Below, one piece after another: positions 51,861 through 61,502 of a stretch of DNA of 64,000 nt (within the stretch, counting starts at the first letter, position 1; each line of letters starts with the position of its first letter). Under the pieces are notes generated by a model. It did no database searches. It was not told where the DNA came from and worked only from the letters and a program-made list of their open reading frames with translations. The position numbers were made by a program, and so were the translations under genes. Source of the stretch: Candidatus Hydrogenedentales bacterium (GTDB lineage: Bacteria > Hydrogenedentota > Hydrogenedentia > Hydrogenedentales > JAEUWI01); NCBI GenBank assembly GCA_041859365.1, contig JBHEKR010000341.1, forward strand, positions 5,821 through 69,820. The letters run 5' to 3'.

Positions 51861-53396
51861 ATGCCCCACAAAACTCGTAGCGGCGTAACCCGGCGCACCT
51901 TCCTCCGGGCGGGTACCGCGTGCGCAGCCCTTTCCCTTTCCGCACCGACTCCAGCACTTCCCTGGGCGGGTCCCACGGGCCGACCCAACATCCTTTTTCT
52001 CATGGCTGACCAGCACCGGGGGGACTGCGTGGGCGCGGATGGAAATTCGGTCATCCATACGCCCCATCTGGACCGGCTGGCCCGGGAGGGCGCCCTGTTC
52101 CGGTGCGCCTACTCCTCCACGCCCACCTGCACCCCCGCCAGGGCCGCACTGCTGACCGGGATGTCGCCTTGGAACCACGGGATGCTGGGCTACGCAAAAA
52201 TCGCCGCCAAATATCCCGTGGAAATGCCTCAACTCCTGCGCGATGCGGGCTACTACACGCTGGGTATCGGGAAGATGCACTGGTCGCCGCAACGCGGAGC
52301 TCATGGCTTTCACCGGTTGGTGCTCGACGAGGCTACGCGGGTGGAGACGCCCGATTTCCTGAGTGATTACCAGGCCTGGTTCGCGTCCGTCGCGCCCCAC
52401 CTCGATTCAAGCGTCACGGGGATTGGCCCGAACTCCTACCGGGCGGCCCCTTATGCGCTTCCAGAAGAGCTGCACCCCACCCACTGGACCGGTTCCGTGG
52501 CCAATCGCTTCCTGGAAAACTACCGTCAGCCCGAACCCTTCTTTATGAAAGTATCGTTTGTCCGTCCCCACTCCCCCTATGACCCGCCTGAACGCTGGAT
52601 GGATTATTACGCGGACAAAGCGCTGCCCACACCCCATCTGGGTGACTGGAGCGCGCGCAATCAAGCACGGGATACGGAGAAGGAGACACTGTGGCGCGGT
52701 GACCTCGGCGCCGAGCAGGTCAGGACGTCACGCCAAGGCTACTACGGTTCCGTGTCCTTTGTTGATGAGCAGATTGGGCGACTTCTCGAAACATTGGAAC
52801 GGCGGGGCATGCTGGAGAACACGCTGATTCTCTATACCTCCGATCACGGCGACATGACGGGCGATCATCACCTCTGGCGGAAGGGTTACGCCTATGAGCC
52901 TTCGGCGCGCGTGCCCCTGATCATTCGTTGGCCCGAAGGTATGCTGCAGTCCGAGCGCGGCCAGATTTTTCGGGCGCCGGTGGAGATTCGGGACATCCTC
53001 CCCACCTTCCTCGACACGGCGGGAGCGGAAGCGCCGCAGCCGCTGGACGGTAGGAGCTTGCTGGATGTAATTCGAGGCGCGGAAGACTGGCGCACGATGA
53101 TCGATCTCGAGCATGACATCTGTTACAGCCCGGACAACCACTGGAGCGCACTGACCGACGGAAGCACGAAGTACATCTTCCATGCGCGCACGGGAGAAGA
53201 GCAGCTTTTTGACCTCGACGCCGATCCGGGCGAGACGATAAATTTGGCGCAGGACGCCGCACAGCGTGAAAAGCTCGACCTGTGGCGTGGTCGCCTTATC
53301 GCTCATCTGGAACCCCGCGGCGAAGCCTGGGTGAAGGACGGTCAGCTTGCGCTGCGCCCCGAGTCCATAGCTCACTCACCCCACTATCCCGGCTGA
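51861..53396 (+). CDS. Tat-signal sulfatase (formylglycine-dependent arylsulfatase family)
   Basis: ATG 51861 after AGGGAGA gives MPHKTRSGVTRRTFLRAGTACAAL. NILFLMADQHR, CTPARAALLTG (CxPxR), YTSDHGD. Confidence 0.9.
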   Translation: MPHKTRSGVTRRTFLRAGTACAALSLSAPTPALPWAGPTGRPNILFLMADQHRGDCVGADGNSVIHTPHLDRLAREGALFRCAYSSTPTCTPARAALLTGMSPWNHGMLGYAKIAAKYPVEMPQLLRDAGYYTLGIGKMHWSPQRGAHGFHRLVLDEATRVETPDFLSDYQAWFASVAPHLDSSVTGIGPNSYRAAPYALPEELHPTHWTGSVANRFLENYRQPEPFFMKVSFVRPHSPYDPPERWMDYYADKALPTPHLGDWSARNQARDTEKETLWRGDLGAEQVRTSRQGYYGSVSFVDEQIGRLLETLERRGMLENTLILYTSDHGDMTGDHHLWRKGYAYEPSARVPLIIRWPEGMLQSERGQIFRAPVEIRDILPTFLDTAGAEAPQPLDGRSLLDVIRGAEDWRTMIDLEHDICYSPDNHWSALTDGSTKYIFHARTGEEQLFDLDADPGETINLAQDAAQREKLDLWRGRLIAHLEPRGEAWVKDGQLALRPESIAHSPHYPG

Positions 53397-54643
53397 CCCA
53401 AGCCCATGAGATTGGACGACACAACACAACCCCGATCATCGACCAGATTGATGTAGTACCACGTGCAGCCTTCGGGCAGGTTAACCGTGACCGTTCCGGC
53501 GGCGGAATCAAGCTGCGCCTCCGCGGCCACAAACGGCTGAACGAGATCGAGGTGTTTCTTCTCGGCGCTCTCAGCATATTCCAGAGGGCCTGTGAGATAG
53601 TAGAGGGTCGCGGAGGCGATGGGCGCTTCGCTCTCGTAGCGCAGGACCACTGACCTGCCGTCCACGACCTCCGGCTGCTTCGTAATTCGGGCAAGCCCGG
53701 CGCCCGTACCTTTCAGGAGATTATCCGCGAGGGCGTAGATCTCCGGGACGTATTTCTCCTCCCATCCAGGGCCGTGGCCATGGGGCATTTTGGGGTGAAT
53801 GGAGAGGATGGACTCGACGCCAGCGCTGACGTGGGATCGGCTCATGGTGTCGACGGAAAAGTGGGGATCGTTGTCGCCGTTGATCCAGAGCATGGGCATG
53901 GGGGCGTCGGTGAAGTAGCGTGCCGGGTCCCAGTATTTGCGCAACGCCAAGGTCGCATCGTCTTTCGCGCCCATGCGGTTGAAGTAGCCTTTTGAGTCGT
54001 AGAGATAGCCGCAGCCGTAGACCGGGGCCGCGAATACAAAGCGATCGTCCACGCCGGCGGTCAGACTGGAAAGTACGCCCCCCCAACTGATGCCCGTAAG
54101 CCCGATGCGATCCGGGTCTACCTCGGGCAGCGCTCGCAGCAGTGAATTGGCCAGCATGATGTCGGCGACCGCGTGATACATCCACTGTTCCGTGCGCGGT
54201 TTGGCCTCGTCGTCAAACATGCCCGTGCGCACGGGGCCGCTGAAGGCGTGACGCGGTCGGTCTGGGAAGTTGTTCTGCGGGAGCTGTCCTTCGAGGTCCA
54301 TGGCGATGGCGGCGTAGCCTTTGTCGTACCAGATCTTCGCCCACTCGTGAAACGCGGTGCCGCCGCCACCGTGGACCAGCACCATCGCGGGCAGCTTCTG
54401 GCCTGCGGGGACATCCGGCACGGCGAGATAGGCGAAGACACGGGTGGGCGATCCTTCATAGGTCAGGGTGTCGTAAAAGACTGCTTTGACAGGTCCCTGG
54501 TCCATTTCAGGCGCGGGGTAATACCTTGGTGTGGCCAGCACGGTATCGCCCAGGGCCGTGCGAAGGTCGGCGCGAGCGCCTGCGGGATCGGCGAAGCTGG
54601 CGCCGGCCACGAGGGCGGTCAGGAGGAAAACAGCAAGTCGCAT
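53384..54643 (-). CDS. Secreted alpha/beta-hydrolase, carbohydrate-esterase-like
   Basis: Signal MRLAVFLLTALVAGASFA. VLVHGGGGTAF. Nucleophile elbow GISWGG. C-terminal beta-sandwich-like extension. Confidence 0.75.
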   Translation of the reverse strand: MRLAVFLLTALVAGASFADPAGARADLRTALGDTVLATPRYYPAPEMDQGPVKAVFYDTLTYEGSPTRVFAYLAVPDVPAGQKLPAMVLVHGGGGTAFHEWAKIWYDKGYAAIAMDLEGQLPQNNFPDRPRHAFSGPVRTGMFDDEAKPRTEQWMYHAVADIMLANSLLRALPEVDPDRIGLTGISWGGVLSSLTAGVDDRFVFAAPVYGCGYLYDSKGYFNRMGAKDDATLALRKYWDPARYFTDAPMPMLWINGDNDPHFSVDTMSRSHVSAGVESILSIHPKMPHGHGPGWEEKYVPEIYALADNLLKGTGAGLARITKQPEVVDGRSVVLRYESEAPIASATLYYLTGPLEYAESAEKKHLDLVQPFVAAEAQLDSAAGTVTVNLPEGCTWYYINLVDDRGCVVSSNLMGLGQPG

Positions 54644-54690
54644 GGGGTGCTCCGGGGTAAAAGAGGGAATCAGACAGGTCGGAGTTTTCA

Positions 54691-54726
54691 GATCGGTCCG
54701 ATCCGTCTGATCGGTCCGATTGTTCG
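54691..54726. repeat. 4 x 9-bp tandem repeat (GATCGGTCC type)
   Basis: gatcggtcc gatccgtct gatcggtcc gattgttcg. Same unit family as 27876-27911. It lies between a stop (54730) and the next start (54643). Confidence 0.7.
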
Positions 54727-54729
54727 GGC

Positions 54730-56082
54730 TCAGGCTTTTCTCAGATCATTCACGGGCGTGGCAAAGCCCTCAATCACATTGTCCACCAGCTCCATGACGC
54801 CGGATTCCGGACCGAGTTGAATGCCGATGCGTTGCGCGGGTCCGCGGGTCTCTTTGATGGTGTTTCGAATGAGGCTGTTGTTTGCGGTGACGCCCTGGAC
54901 GTCCACGGCGATACCGGCATCGCCCCCACTGTCGGTGATTCGGTTGTTTTCGAAGCGGTTGCCTTTTGCGGTGAATCCCTCGCCGCGCTCGGGCCGGAAA
55001 TTGAGGCCATTGATCGGACTGGCAACAATATCGTTGTTGATGATTAGGTTTTCATCGTCGTGATGGCCAATGGAAACACCGTAGTTGCAGCGCGTGATGG
55101 TGTTGGCCTCGGCGAGCCCGTATTTCACGCCCCAGCAGAAGAAAATGCCGTACGTAGAGTCGCTGATTCGATTGTTGGCTATGCGCGGGCGCTGCGAGCC
55201 CGACCCCGGATGGATCCCCAGGTCGGCGTTGTTTGCGAGGTCGCAGTTCTCCACGACCACATCGTGGCAGATCTGAAAGCTGATGGCGTCGCCGTTGTAG
55301 TCGCGCACGTGGAGACCGGTCAGCGTGATATTGCTGCAATCCTGGAACCAGAGCGCGCCGGCATAGTTCCCGTTGATGTTCGCGTTGTTGGCCCGGTTGC
55401 CGTCCAGGGCAATATTTTCCACGGCGAAGTGGGTCTGCTCTTCCGCTGTGATCATGGGGAAACGCGCGGTCACCGTGGGTGCCGAGGCGGTCCAGAAATT
55501 GGCGCGAAGGGCCTTGTCGAGCTTGAAGCGATTGCCGCTCCTTGCCACCAGGGTGCGCCGGAGCACATCCAGACCCCCGGTGTCCGCATTCTTCGTTTCA
55601 AGAATGACCCCGTCCCCCACCTGAAATCCATCGGGATTGACCAACGTAATTTCCTGGTCATACCAGTCCGAATCGTCGGACAGGGTTGTCTCCTGACTCT
55701 CCTTCTTGAAGAGGAGGGATTCCGCACCGCTGCCAAGCAGTCGCACGCCCTTTCGCAGGAATATCGAGTTGCGCAGGGTGTAGGTGCCCGGCATCACGTG
55801 GACCGTGCCGCCGCCGAGACGCACCACATAGTCCACGGCGGCCTGGATGGCGCGGTCGGTCGATCCCGCAATATCGGCCTTGTCCGGCCCGACCGTTACG
55901 GTGAGGCGCTCGTCCCACTTCGGCTCGGAAATGACATCGCCCGAGGTGGCGCGGGGTGCGCGGACTTCGGGCATGGGCGTGGCTTGGCCAAAGGCGGGCA
56001 GGGCGGCGCCCCCCGCCATCAGGCCAGCGGCGGCCTGCAGCACTTGCCTTCGATTGAGCTTATAAACGTTGGGTGAAGTCAT
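54730..56082 (-). CDS. Tat-signal right-handed parallel beta-helix repeat protein (pectate-lyase-fold)
   Basis: MTSPNVYKLNRRQVLQAAAGLMAGGAAL. Repeated N-x-I-x-x-N/D rungs (VENCDLANNADLGIHPG, IANNRISDSTYGIFF, IINNDIV, FENNRITDSGGDAGI). Confidence 0.8.
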   Translation of the reverse strand: MTSPNVYKLNRRQVLQAAAGLMAGGAALPAFGQATPMPEVRAPRATSGDVISEPKWDERLTVTVGPDKADIAGSTDRAIQAAVDYVVRLGGGTVHVMPGTYTLRNSIFLRKGVRLLGSGAESLLFKKESQETTLSDDSDWYDQEITLVNPDGFQVGDGVILETKNADTGGLDVLRRTLVARSGNRFKLDKALRANFWTASAPTVTARFPMITAEEQTHFAVENIALDGNRANNANINGNYAGALWFQDCSNITLTGLHVRDYNGDAISFQICHDVVVENCDLANNADLGIHPGSGSQRPRIANNRISDSTYGIFFCWGVKYGLAEANTITRCNYGVSIGHHDDENLIINNDIVASPINGLNFRPERGEGFTAKGNRFENNRITDSGGDAGIAVDVQGVTANNSLIRNTIKETRGPAQRIGIQLGPESGVMELVDNVIEGFATPVNDLRKA

Positions 56083-56151
56083 GGATAATTCCTTGTGATC
56101 CGGCTGCTACTGCACTGTGCATCCACGGCCAACCTGGACAGGCGCGGGGCG

Positions 56152-58317
56152 CTATCGCGTTTCCGCGACCGGCAATTGGAGTACATCATACGCATTCCCA
56201 TTTACAATGTCGCGAACAAGAGAAAAGCGCAACGGAGCATCGTCGAAGGCCCAGAGCTCCGTCCCCAAGCTATCAAGATCGGCGGCAAAATAGAGCCTGC
56301 CCTTGTGCTCCGTGGGAGCATGGGTGGCCCCACTCTGAAAGGGAGCGTCCACGATGTCGCTTACCATGACCGTTCCCTCCTCCGTGCCATCGGTACGCCA
56401 CAACTCCCTGCCATGGACGCCGTCGTCCGCCTGAAAATAGAGATAGTCCTTCCAGACGAAAAACTTATCCGGCGAGCTGGACGCCTCACTCTCGGCCATG
56501 CCTTTCAAGAGCCTGGGTTGCCCCCCCGCCTCAAGGATCCAGAGTTCCTCACCCTGAGTCGGCTCGAAGGCGCTAAAGTAGAGTCGCCCCTTGAAAACAA
56601 TGAGATTGCGGGGCCTGGCGTGCCCATCGGGGTGGATATCTTTAACAATAGAGGTGCCCTCTGCGCTTGCATCGGAACGCCAGAGTTCCACGCCCTTTAT
56701 CCCGTCGTCCGCCGTAAAATAGAGTACGTTACCCAAAGCGACGAGGTTTTCCGGATTACTGCTGGGTTCGTCGGGGAATATATCTTTAACCATCCGAGTC
56801 CCGTCCCGGGTCCCGTCCGTGCGCCAGAGTTCCACTCCATGTGCAATATCGTTGGCTGTGAAGAATAGCGCATCCCCCGCCGAAGTGAAGTGGTCGGGGA
56901 AGGACGATGGATTGACACTGGAATCGGTGTTGATATCGGCCAGCAGGATCATTTCCTTCTGCAGGATATCCGAGACCCACAATTCTCGTCCGTAAACCGG
57001 GCTGGTTGCCACCGTTACCACGCGTCCATTGATCTCGACGGTGTAGTAAGGAAATGAACTTTCGGGCCCCGGATAGATATCGGCAAAGAGCTCGGGCGCT
57101 GAATGGTGGTCGCGAACGACCCAGAGTTCCTCACCGGTCTCGGCGTGGAGCGCGCTGAAATGCAGGGCTGCCCCTCTCCCGCAAAGGGCGTAGGGTTCAG
57201 AACTCGATATGCCGCTGTTGATGTCCATCGGCTTCTCAAATGTTTCCCTCTCCACATTGTAGCGCCAGAGCTCCTTGCCGATCCCAGCTCCCACGGCGAC
57301 AAAATACTGCGCAAACGGGGTGTTGACCAGGCTCGACGGACTGGAGGTTCCCGCGCCCGGGATCAGGTCGGCCCGAAGTCGGGTGCCCTCAGGGGTGCCA
57401 TCGGTCTCCCAGAGTTCCCGACCGGATTCGAGTGTGGTTGCCGCAAAAACAACGACGGATCGACCTGATACCGTAGTCAAACACGAGAAATCACTGATCT
57501 CGGAGGATTCGGGCCCCGGGTAAATGTCCTTCAGCAGGGTGGTGGTTTCTGGTGTGCCTCCGGAGATCCAGAGCTCCTGGCCGTTCACCTCGTCTTCACC
57601 GGCAAAAACGAAGCGCTGGGCGTCCAAGGGAAAGATAGCCCCGGGCGGGGCCGCAAATTGCTTGAGGCACTGGGTACCCTCGGGAGTCCCATCCGTTCGC
57701 CACAACCCAGATCCGGCATACTGTCGAGCGCTCAGGTAGTGAATTCCACCGAGCATGCAGCCGGTGTAGTGATTCAACAGCAGGGGATAGTCATTTTCGA
57801 TCGCCTTCAGCAGACGCGTACCTTCCGTAGTACCATCGGTCGACCACAGGTTACTCGTCCCGTTGGGATCGCCCACCGTGAAGAAGAGCCGGTCAGCCTG
57901 GCCACGCACGATCACGTTGAGTCCGAGCTCGCCGGTGGGGGAACCGAAGGCGCGAACCAGCTCCGTGCCCTGAGCGGTACCGTCCGTGCGCCAGAGATCG
58001 CCGGGGTGGTTCTCGTTGGCCACGCGAAAGTACAGCCGGTCTTTGAATACGAATAGATTGTCAATGGTTGCCCCCGCCGGCCCAGGGATAATATCCAGAA
58101 CCAACTCCGGATCTCCGGAGACTTTGACCCGCCACAACTCCCGCCCGTACACTCCATCGTCGGCCGAAAAGTAGACATGCTTGCCGAAAACGCACAGATT
58201 TTCCGGATTTGACGAAGGGGGTTCGTACTGATTCTGTGCGACGACACCCAAGGGGGCTGCGCACCCGAGAAACAAGAGCGCGAAGAATCGCGCAGCCTGG
58301 GCGGGACGCTTCATCAT
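56152..58317 (-). CDS. Secreted ELWxxDGT-repeat protein
   Basis: Signal peptide plus about 14 units of about 50 aa, with GDLWRTDGTAQGT, SNLWSTDGTTEGT, SGLWRTDGTPEGT, RELWETDGTPEGT, VELWRTDGTRDGT, RELWRTDGTEEGT and others. Confidence 0.85.
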   Translation of the reverse strand: MMKRPAQAARFFALLFLGCAAPLGVVAQNQYEPPSSNPENLCVFGKHVYFSADDGVYGRELWRVKVSGDPELVLDIIPGPAGATIDNLFVFKDRLYFRVANENHPGDLWRTDGTAQGTELVRAFGSPTGELGLNVIVRGQADRLFFTVGDPNGTSNLWSTDGTTEGTRLLKAIENDYPLLLNHYTGCMLGGIHYLSARQYAGSGLWRTDGTPEGTQCLKQFAAPPGAIFPLDAQRFVFAGEDEVNGQELWISGGTPETTTLLKDIYPGPESSEISDFSCLTTVSGRSVVVFAATTLESGRELWETDGTPEGTRLRADLIPGAGTSSPSSLVNTPFAQYFVAVGAGIGKELWRYNVERETFEKPMDINSGISSSEPYALCGRGAALHFSALHAETGEELWVVRDHHSAPELFADIYPGPESSFPYYTVEINGRVVTVATSPVYGRELWVSDILQKEMILLADINTDSSVNPSSFPDHFTSAGDALFFTANDIAHGVELWRTDGTRDGTRMVKDIFPDEPSSNPENLVALGNVLYFTADDGIKGVELWRSDASAEGTSIVKDIHPDGHARPRNLIVFKGRLYFSAFEPTQGEELWILEAGGQPRLLKGMAESEASSSPDKFFVWKDYLYFQADDGVHGRELWRTDGTEEGTVMVSDIVDAPFQSGATHAPTEHKGRLYFAADLDSLGTELWAFDDAPLRFSLVRDIVNGNAYDVLQLPVAETR

Positions 58318-58396
58318 CGAAAGCTCCTTATATCCATCCGCTCACCGATGGGGCTGTGGCCGGGGCGCGTTTCGCTGTTCTGGTGCCCGGACAGGA

Positions 58397-60529
58397 TCAT
58401 CGTTCAAATTCCAGAAGCGCGCCATGCTCAAGCTCTTCATGCTCCGCCCCGCCCCAGTCCACGACGGTTTTACGGCTGCCATCCGGGGCGCTCGCGGTAA
58501 TTCGCGCGTTAATCCGCCACCGCTTTCCAGCCTTAATGCGCGCGGATTCCACCAAGAGTTGGAGTGGAATGCGCAACTCAACCTCAGCTTCACCGTCCTT
58601 CAGGGTCATGGCGCCTTCCCAATCGCAATGCCACGGCTGCTCCCGGGCATTCACGATATAGCGGGAGCTCTCCACTCCCCCTTCGCCGAGGCTCCCATAG
58701 AAACGTCCGGACAGGGTGGGGGACAACTCCAGCGCGGGCAGCAGACCCAGTTCAAATCGGGTAGCTGGGCCACACCCTTTGGCGCGCGCACCCAGATAGA
58801 GCGCGTCGTTGTCCCAGCGAATTATAAGCGGATCAGCGCCGCGGGATGACTGGGCGGCGAGCTCCCCAACGCGTCCCACCTTGTTGAATTGGGTCGTCCA
58901 CATGGCTTCGAGCTGCTTGCCGTCAAGCGTGAGCGCCTGGTCCGTGTAGGGCACCGTCGCCCGACCGTTGGCGAGGGCAGGAAACTTGGCTTCCAGCTCC
59001 ACAGCCCAGGGCAAGGTTCGCGGGAGTAGCTCCCGGTAGAGCAGAGCCTGCAGCGCCATGTTTGATTCCAGTTCCTTCAAGAAGGCCGCCTTGTCATATG
59101 CGCTGTCCTTCAATCGGCCAACCAGACCGATTTCCTCTGGAAAGTTGTCGTGGGAACGCGTACGATCCACGGAGAGTGAGAACCTGCCCACCTCGGGTTC
59201 CCAGACCATATGGCCCATAAGGGCGCCAGACCGGGAAGTCGAATTGGACGAGGACAGACAGCCCCCCCAGGAACCCTGCAGCGTATGGCGCCCGCCCTCG
59301 CCCCTGGGACCGATGTCGATGGACCACAGTTCCAGTGGCAAGAATCCGGTGATACGTTTGGGTTGGCCGCCGTTATCGCACTCAACCATCCAGGAACCGC
59401 TTCCGAGATCATCCCTGTTGATGGCGGTGATGTCAAAGAACCTGTAGGGCTCTTGCCGTGCGGCCCCTGGCTGGGTGGACAATTCCGGTGCGGCGGCTAC
59501 CGCGGGGGCCGGGGGATCCGGAAGTGTACGGTAGTAAGCGACCACGCCGAAGGATGCGGCGGCCACTGCGCCCGTGGCGGCAAGTAACTTCCAGCGATTG
59601 GAAAGGCCCGAGCCGTTCCGGGGCCGATTCGCAGTCAACTTCCTGGGGGGGAGCGCGATGGTCGTCGCGCTGTCGCTCTCCTTGAGCTCCTGGTACTCCG
59701 GAGTGCTCCGCAGGCACTCCATTGCGCCCGTGGCCGTGAGTTCGGATGCACCATCCCGGCAGGACTCCAGGAGGGTATCCACGAGTCGTGCAAACTCCGG
59801 TGAGACACCCTTATTGATTTCGTCGAGGCGCGGAAGGGTTTCCACAAGCTGCCTGCGCATCACCGCGATGGGGTTGTCCCCCTTGAAAACGGGGCGCCCG
59901 GAGAGCATTTCATGCAGCACGACACCGAAGGAATAAAGATCCCAGAAGGGCTCCGGGTTGCCGCCCTCCCACGCCTGAATGGGCATGTAGCGGGGTGTGC
60001 CCATATAGAACCCGGAGGAGCCGCCTTTCGGGAGGGTCGTCTCGATATGATTCGCGTAGGCGGTGGCCAGCCCGAAGTCTGTAATCTTGGCCTGGCCAGT
60101 CTGGTTGAGCAGGATATTGCTCGGCTTGATGTCCCGGTGGACCACGCCGATCTGGTGGCAGGCGGCCAGACCGCCGAGGACGTCGCGGGCGATGGCGGCG
60201 GCCAGGTGGGGCGTTATGGGGGAGAGTTGATCAAGCGAAGCCCCCTCCACGAGCTCCATATCAATCGCTACCGTATCACCTGCGCGCTCCAGGCCATGAA
60301 CACACACGATGTTGGGGTGGTGGAGCGTGGAGACGCTGCACGCCTCTTCCTGGAAGCGCTGGACAAATGCCGGATCGCGATTCAGGTAGTCATAGAGCAC
60401 CTTGAGGGCGACGTGGCGCCGCAACTGGCAATCCTGGGCCAGATACACCACGCCCATGCCTCCCCGACCGAGCTCCCGGATCACCTGATACTTCTCAGAC
60501 GCTATCGAAGACCCATTGCCACTGCTCAT
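58397..60529 (-). CDS. Membrane Ser/Thr protein kinase with an extracytoplasmic CBM9-like domain
   Basis: The track start 60547 is GTG; ATG lies at 60529. Kinase GRGGMGVVY, HVALKVL, HRDIKPSNILL, ITDFGLA. TM WKLLAATGAVAAASFGVVAYY. C-terminal LTLDGKQLEAMW ... IIRWDNDALYLGARA. Confidence 0.85.
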   Translation of the reverse strand: MSSGNGSSIASEKYQVIRELGRGGMGVVYLAQDCQLRRHVALKVLYDYLNRDPAFVQRFQEEACSVSTLHHPNIVCVHGLERAGDTVAIDMELVEGASLDQLSPITPHLAAAIARDVLGGLAACHQIGVVHRDIKPSNILLNQTGQAKITDFGLATAYANHIETTLPKGGSSGFYMGTPRYMPIQAWEGGNPEPFWDLYSFGVVLHEMLSGRPVFKGDNPIAVMRRQLVETLPRLDEINKGVSPEFARLVDTLLESCRDGASELTATGAMECLRSTPEYQELKESDSATTIALPPRKLTANRPRNGSGLSNRWKLLAATGAVAAASFGVVAYYRTLPDPPAPAVAAAPELSTQPGAARQEPYRFFDITAINRDDLGSGSWMVECDNGGQPKRITGFLPLELWSIDIGPRGEGGRHTLQGSWGGCLSSSNSTSRSGALMGHMVWEPEVGRFSLSVDRTRSHDNFPEEIGLVGRLKDSAYDKAAFLKELESNMALQALLYRELLPRTLPWAVELEAKFPALANGRATVPYTDQALTLDGKQLEAMWTTQFNKVGRVGELAAQSSRGADPLIIRWDNDALYLGARAKGCGPATRFELGLLPALELSPTLSGRFYGSLGEGGVESSRYIVNAREQPWHCDWEGAMTLKDGEAEVELRIPLQLLVESARIKAGKRWRINARITASAPDGSRKTVVDWGGAEHEELEHGALLEFER

Positions 60530-60675
60530 TACCGGCTTCCGTCGCACACGCGGAATATACCTGGGAGGCGTTGAACCTGATGGCTACCCTCCCACTACGG
60601 TCCCTGCATGTCCGCTATTATGCCAGACAAGTCCCGTTATCGTATACAACGCAGTTCGCCCTTCGTCCGCCGCCG

Positions 60676-60714
60676 GAAACGAGAAACGAGCGCCAGCCGG
60701 AGGGGCTGGCGCTC
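60676..60714 (-). terminator. Rho-independent terminator of the sdh/frd operon
   Basis: Minus strand GAGCGCCAGCC-CCTCC-GGCTGGCGCTC followed by GTTTCTCGTTTCC. 27 nt after the sdhB stop. Confidence 0.65.
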
Positions 60715-60740
60715 GTGGGGCATTGGATAGTGTGATCGGG

Positions 60741-61502
60741 TCAGTCCCGCGTGGCGAGGGCCCGCATATATTCCCGGTTCATGATGGTGATATTTTCCAC
60801 CTTGATCTCTTTCGGGCAGACCGCCTCGCACTCATAGTGTTTCGAGCAACTGCCGAAGCCCTCTCGATCCATCTGGTCAACCATGGCGATGACGCGCCTG
60901 CGGCGCTCCGGATCGCCCTGGGGCAGCTTGGCGAGCTGGGTAACCTTGGCCGCGGTAAACAGGCTCGCCGAAGCGTTCGGGCAGGCGGCGACGCAGGCCC
61001 CGCAGCCGATGCAGGACGCGGCGTCCATGGCGGCGTCGGCCTTGTCCTTCGGCACGGGGATGGCATGGGCGTCGGGGGCCTGGCCGGTCTTAACGGAGAC
61101 GTAGCCACCCGCCTGAATGATGCGGTCGAAGGCGCTGCGGTCCACAGAGAGGTCTTTGATGACCGGGAAGGCGGCGGATCGCCAGGGCTCCACCACGATG
61201 ATGTCGCCGTCGTGGAACTTGCGCATGTGCAACTGGCACAGGGTGGTGGCGGACTGGGGCCCGTGGGCCACGCCGTTCACCACGGCGCCGCACATGCCGC
61301 AGATACCTTCGCGGCAATCGTGATCGAAAACGATCGGCTCTTTGTCATCCTTTTCAAGGCCCGTATTCACGATATCGAGCATCTCCAGAAAGGAGGCGTC
61401 CGTGGAAACGTTCTTGACGCTGTAGGAGGCGAAAGAGCCCCGGGCGTTCTTGTCCGCCTGGCGCCATACTTTCAACGTGATGTTGATGGTCTTGCCGGAC
61501 AT
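60741..61502 (-). CDS. sdhB: Succinate dehydrogenase / fumarate reductase iron-sulfur subunit
   Basis: ATG 61502 (TAATG overlap with sdhA). [34 protein letters not shown] cluster motifs. Confidence 0.95.
   Translation of the reverse strand: MSGKTINITLKVWRQADKNARGSFASYSVKNVSTDASFLEMLDIVNTGLEKDDKEPIVFDHDCREGICGMCGAVVNGVAHGPQSATTLCQLHMRKFHDGDIIVVEPWRSAAFPVIKDLSVDRSAFDRIIQAGGYVSVKTGQAPDAHAIPVPKDKADAAMDAASCIGCGACVAACPNASASLFTAAKVTQLAKLPQGDPERRRRVIAMVDQMDREGFGSCSKHYECEAVCPKEIKVENITIMNREYMRALATRD

Noticed and set aside
53384-53396. 13-nt overlap of the convergent sulfatase and esterase 3' ends
   Set aside because: This is a real feature of the sequence but commonplace in compact genomes. I saw no structure or motif to suggest a special function.
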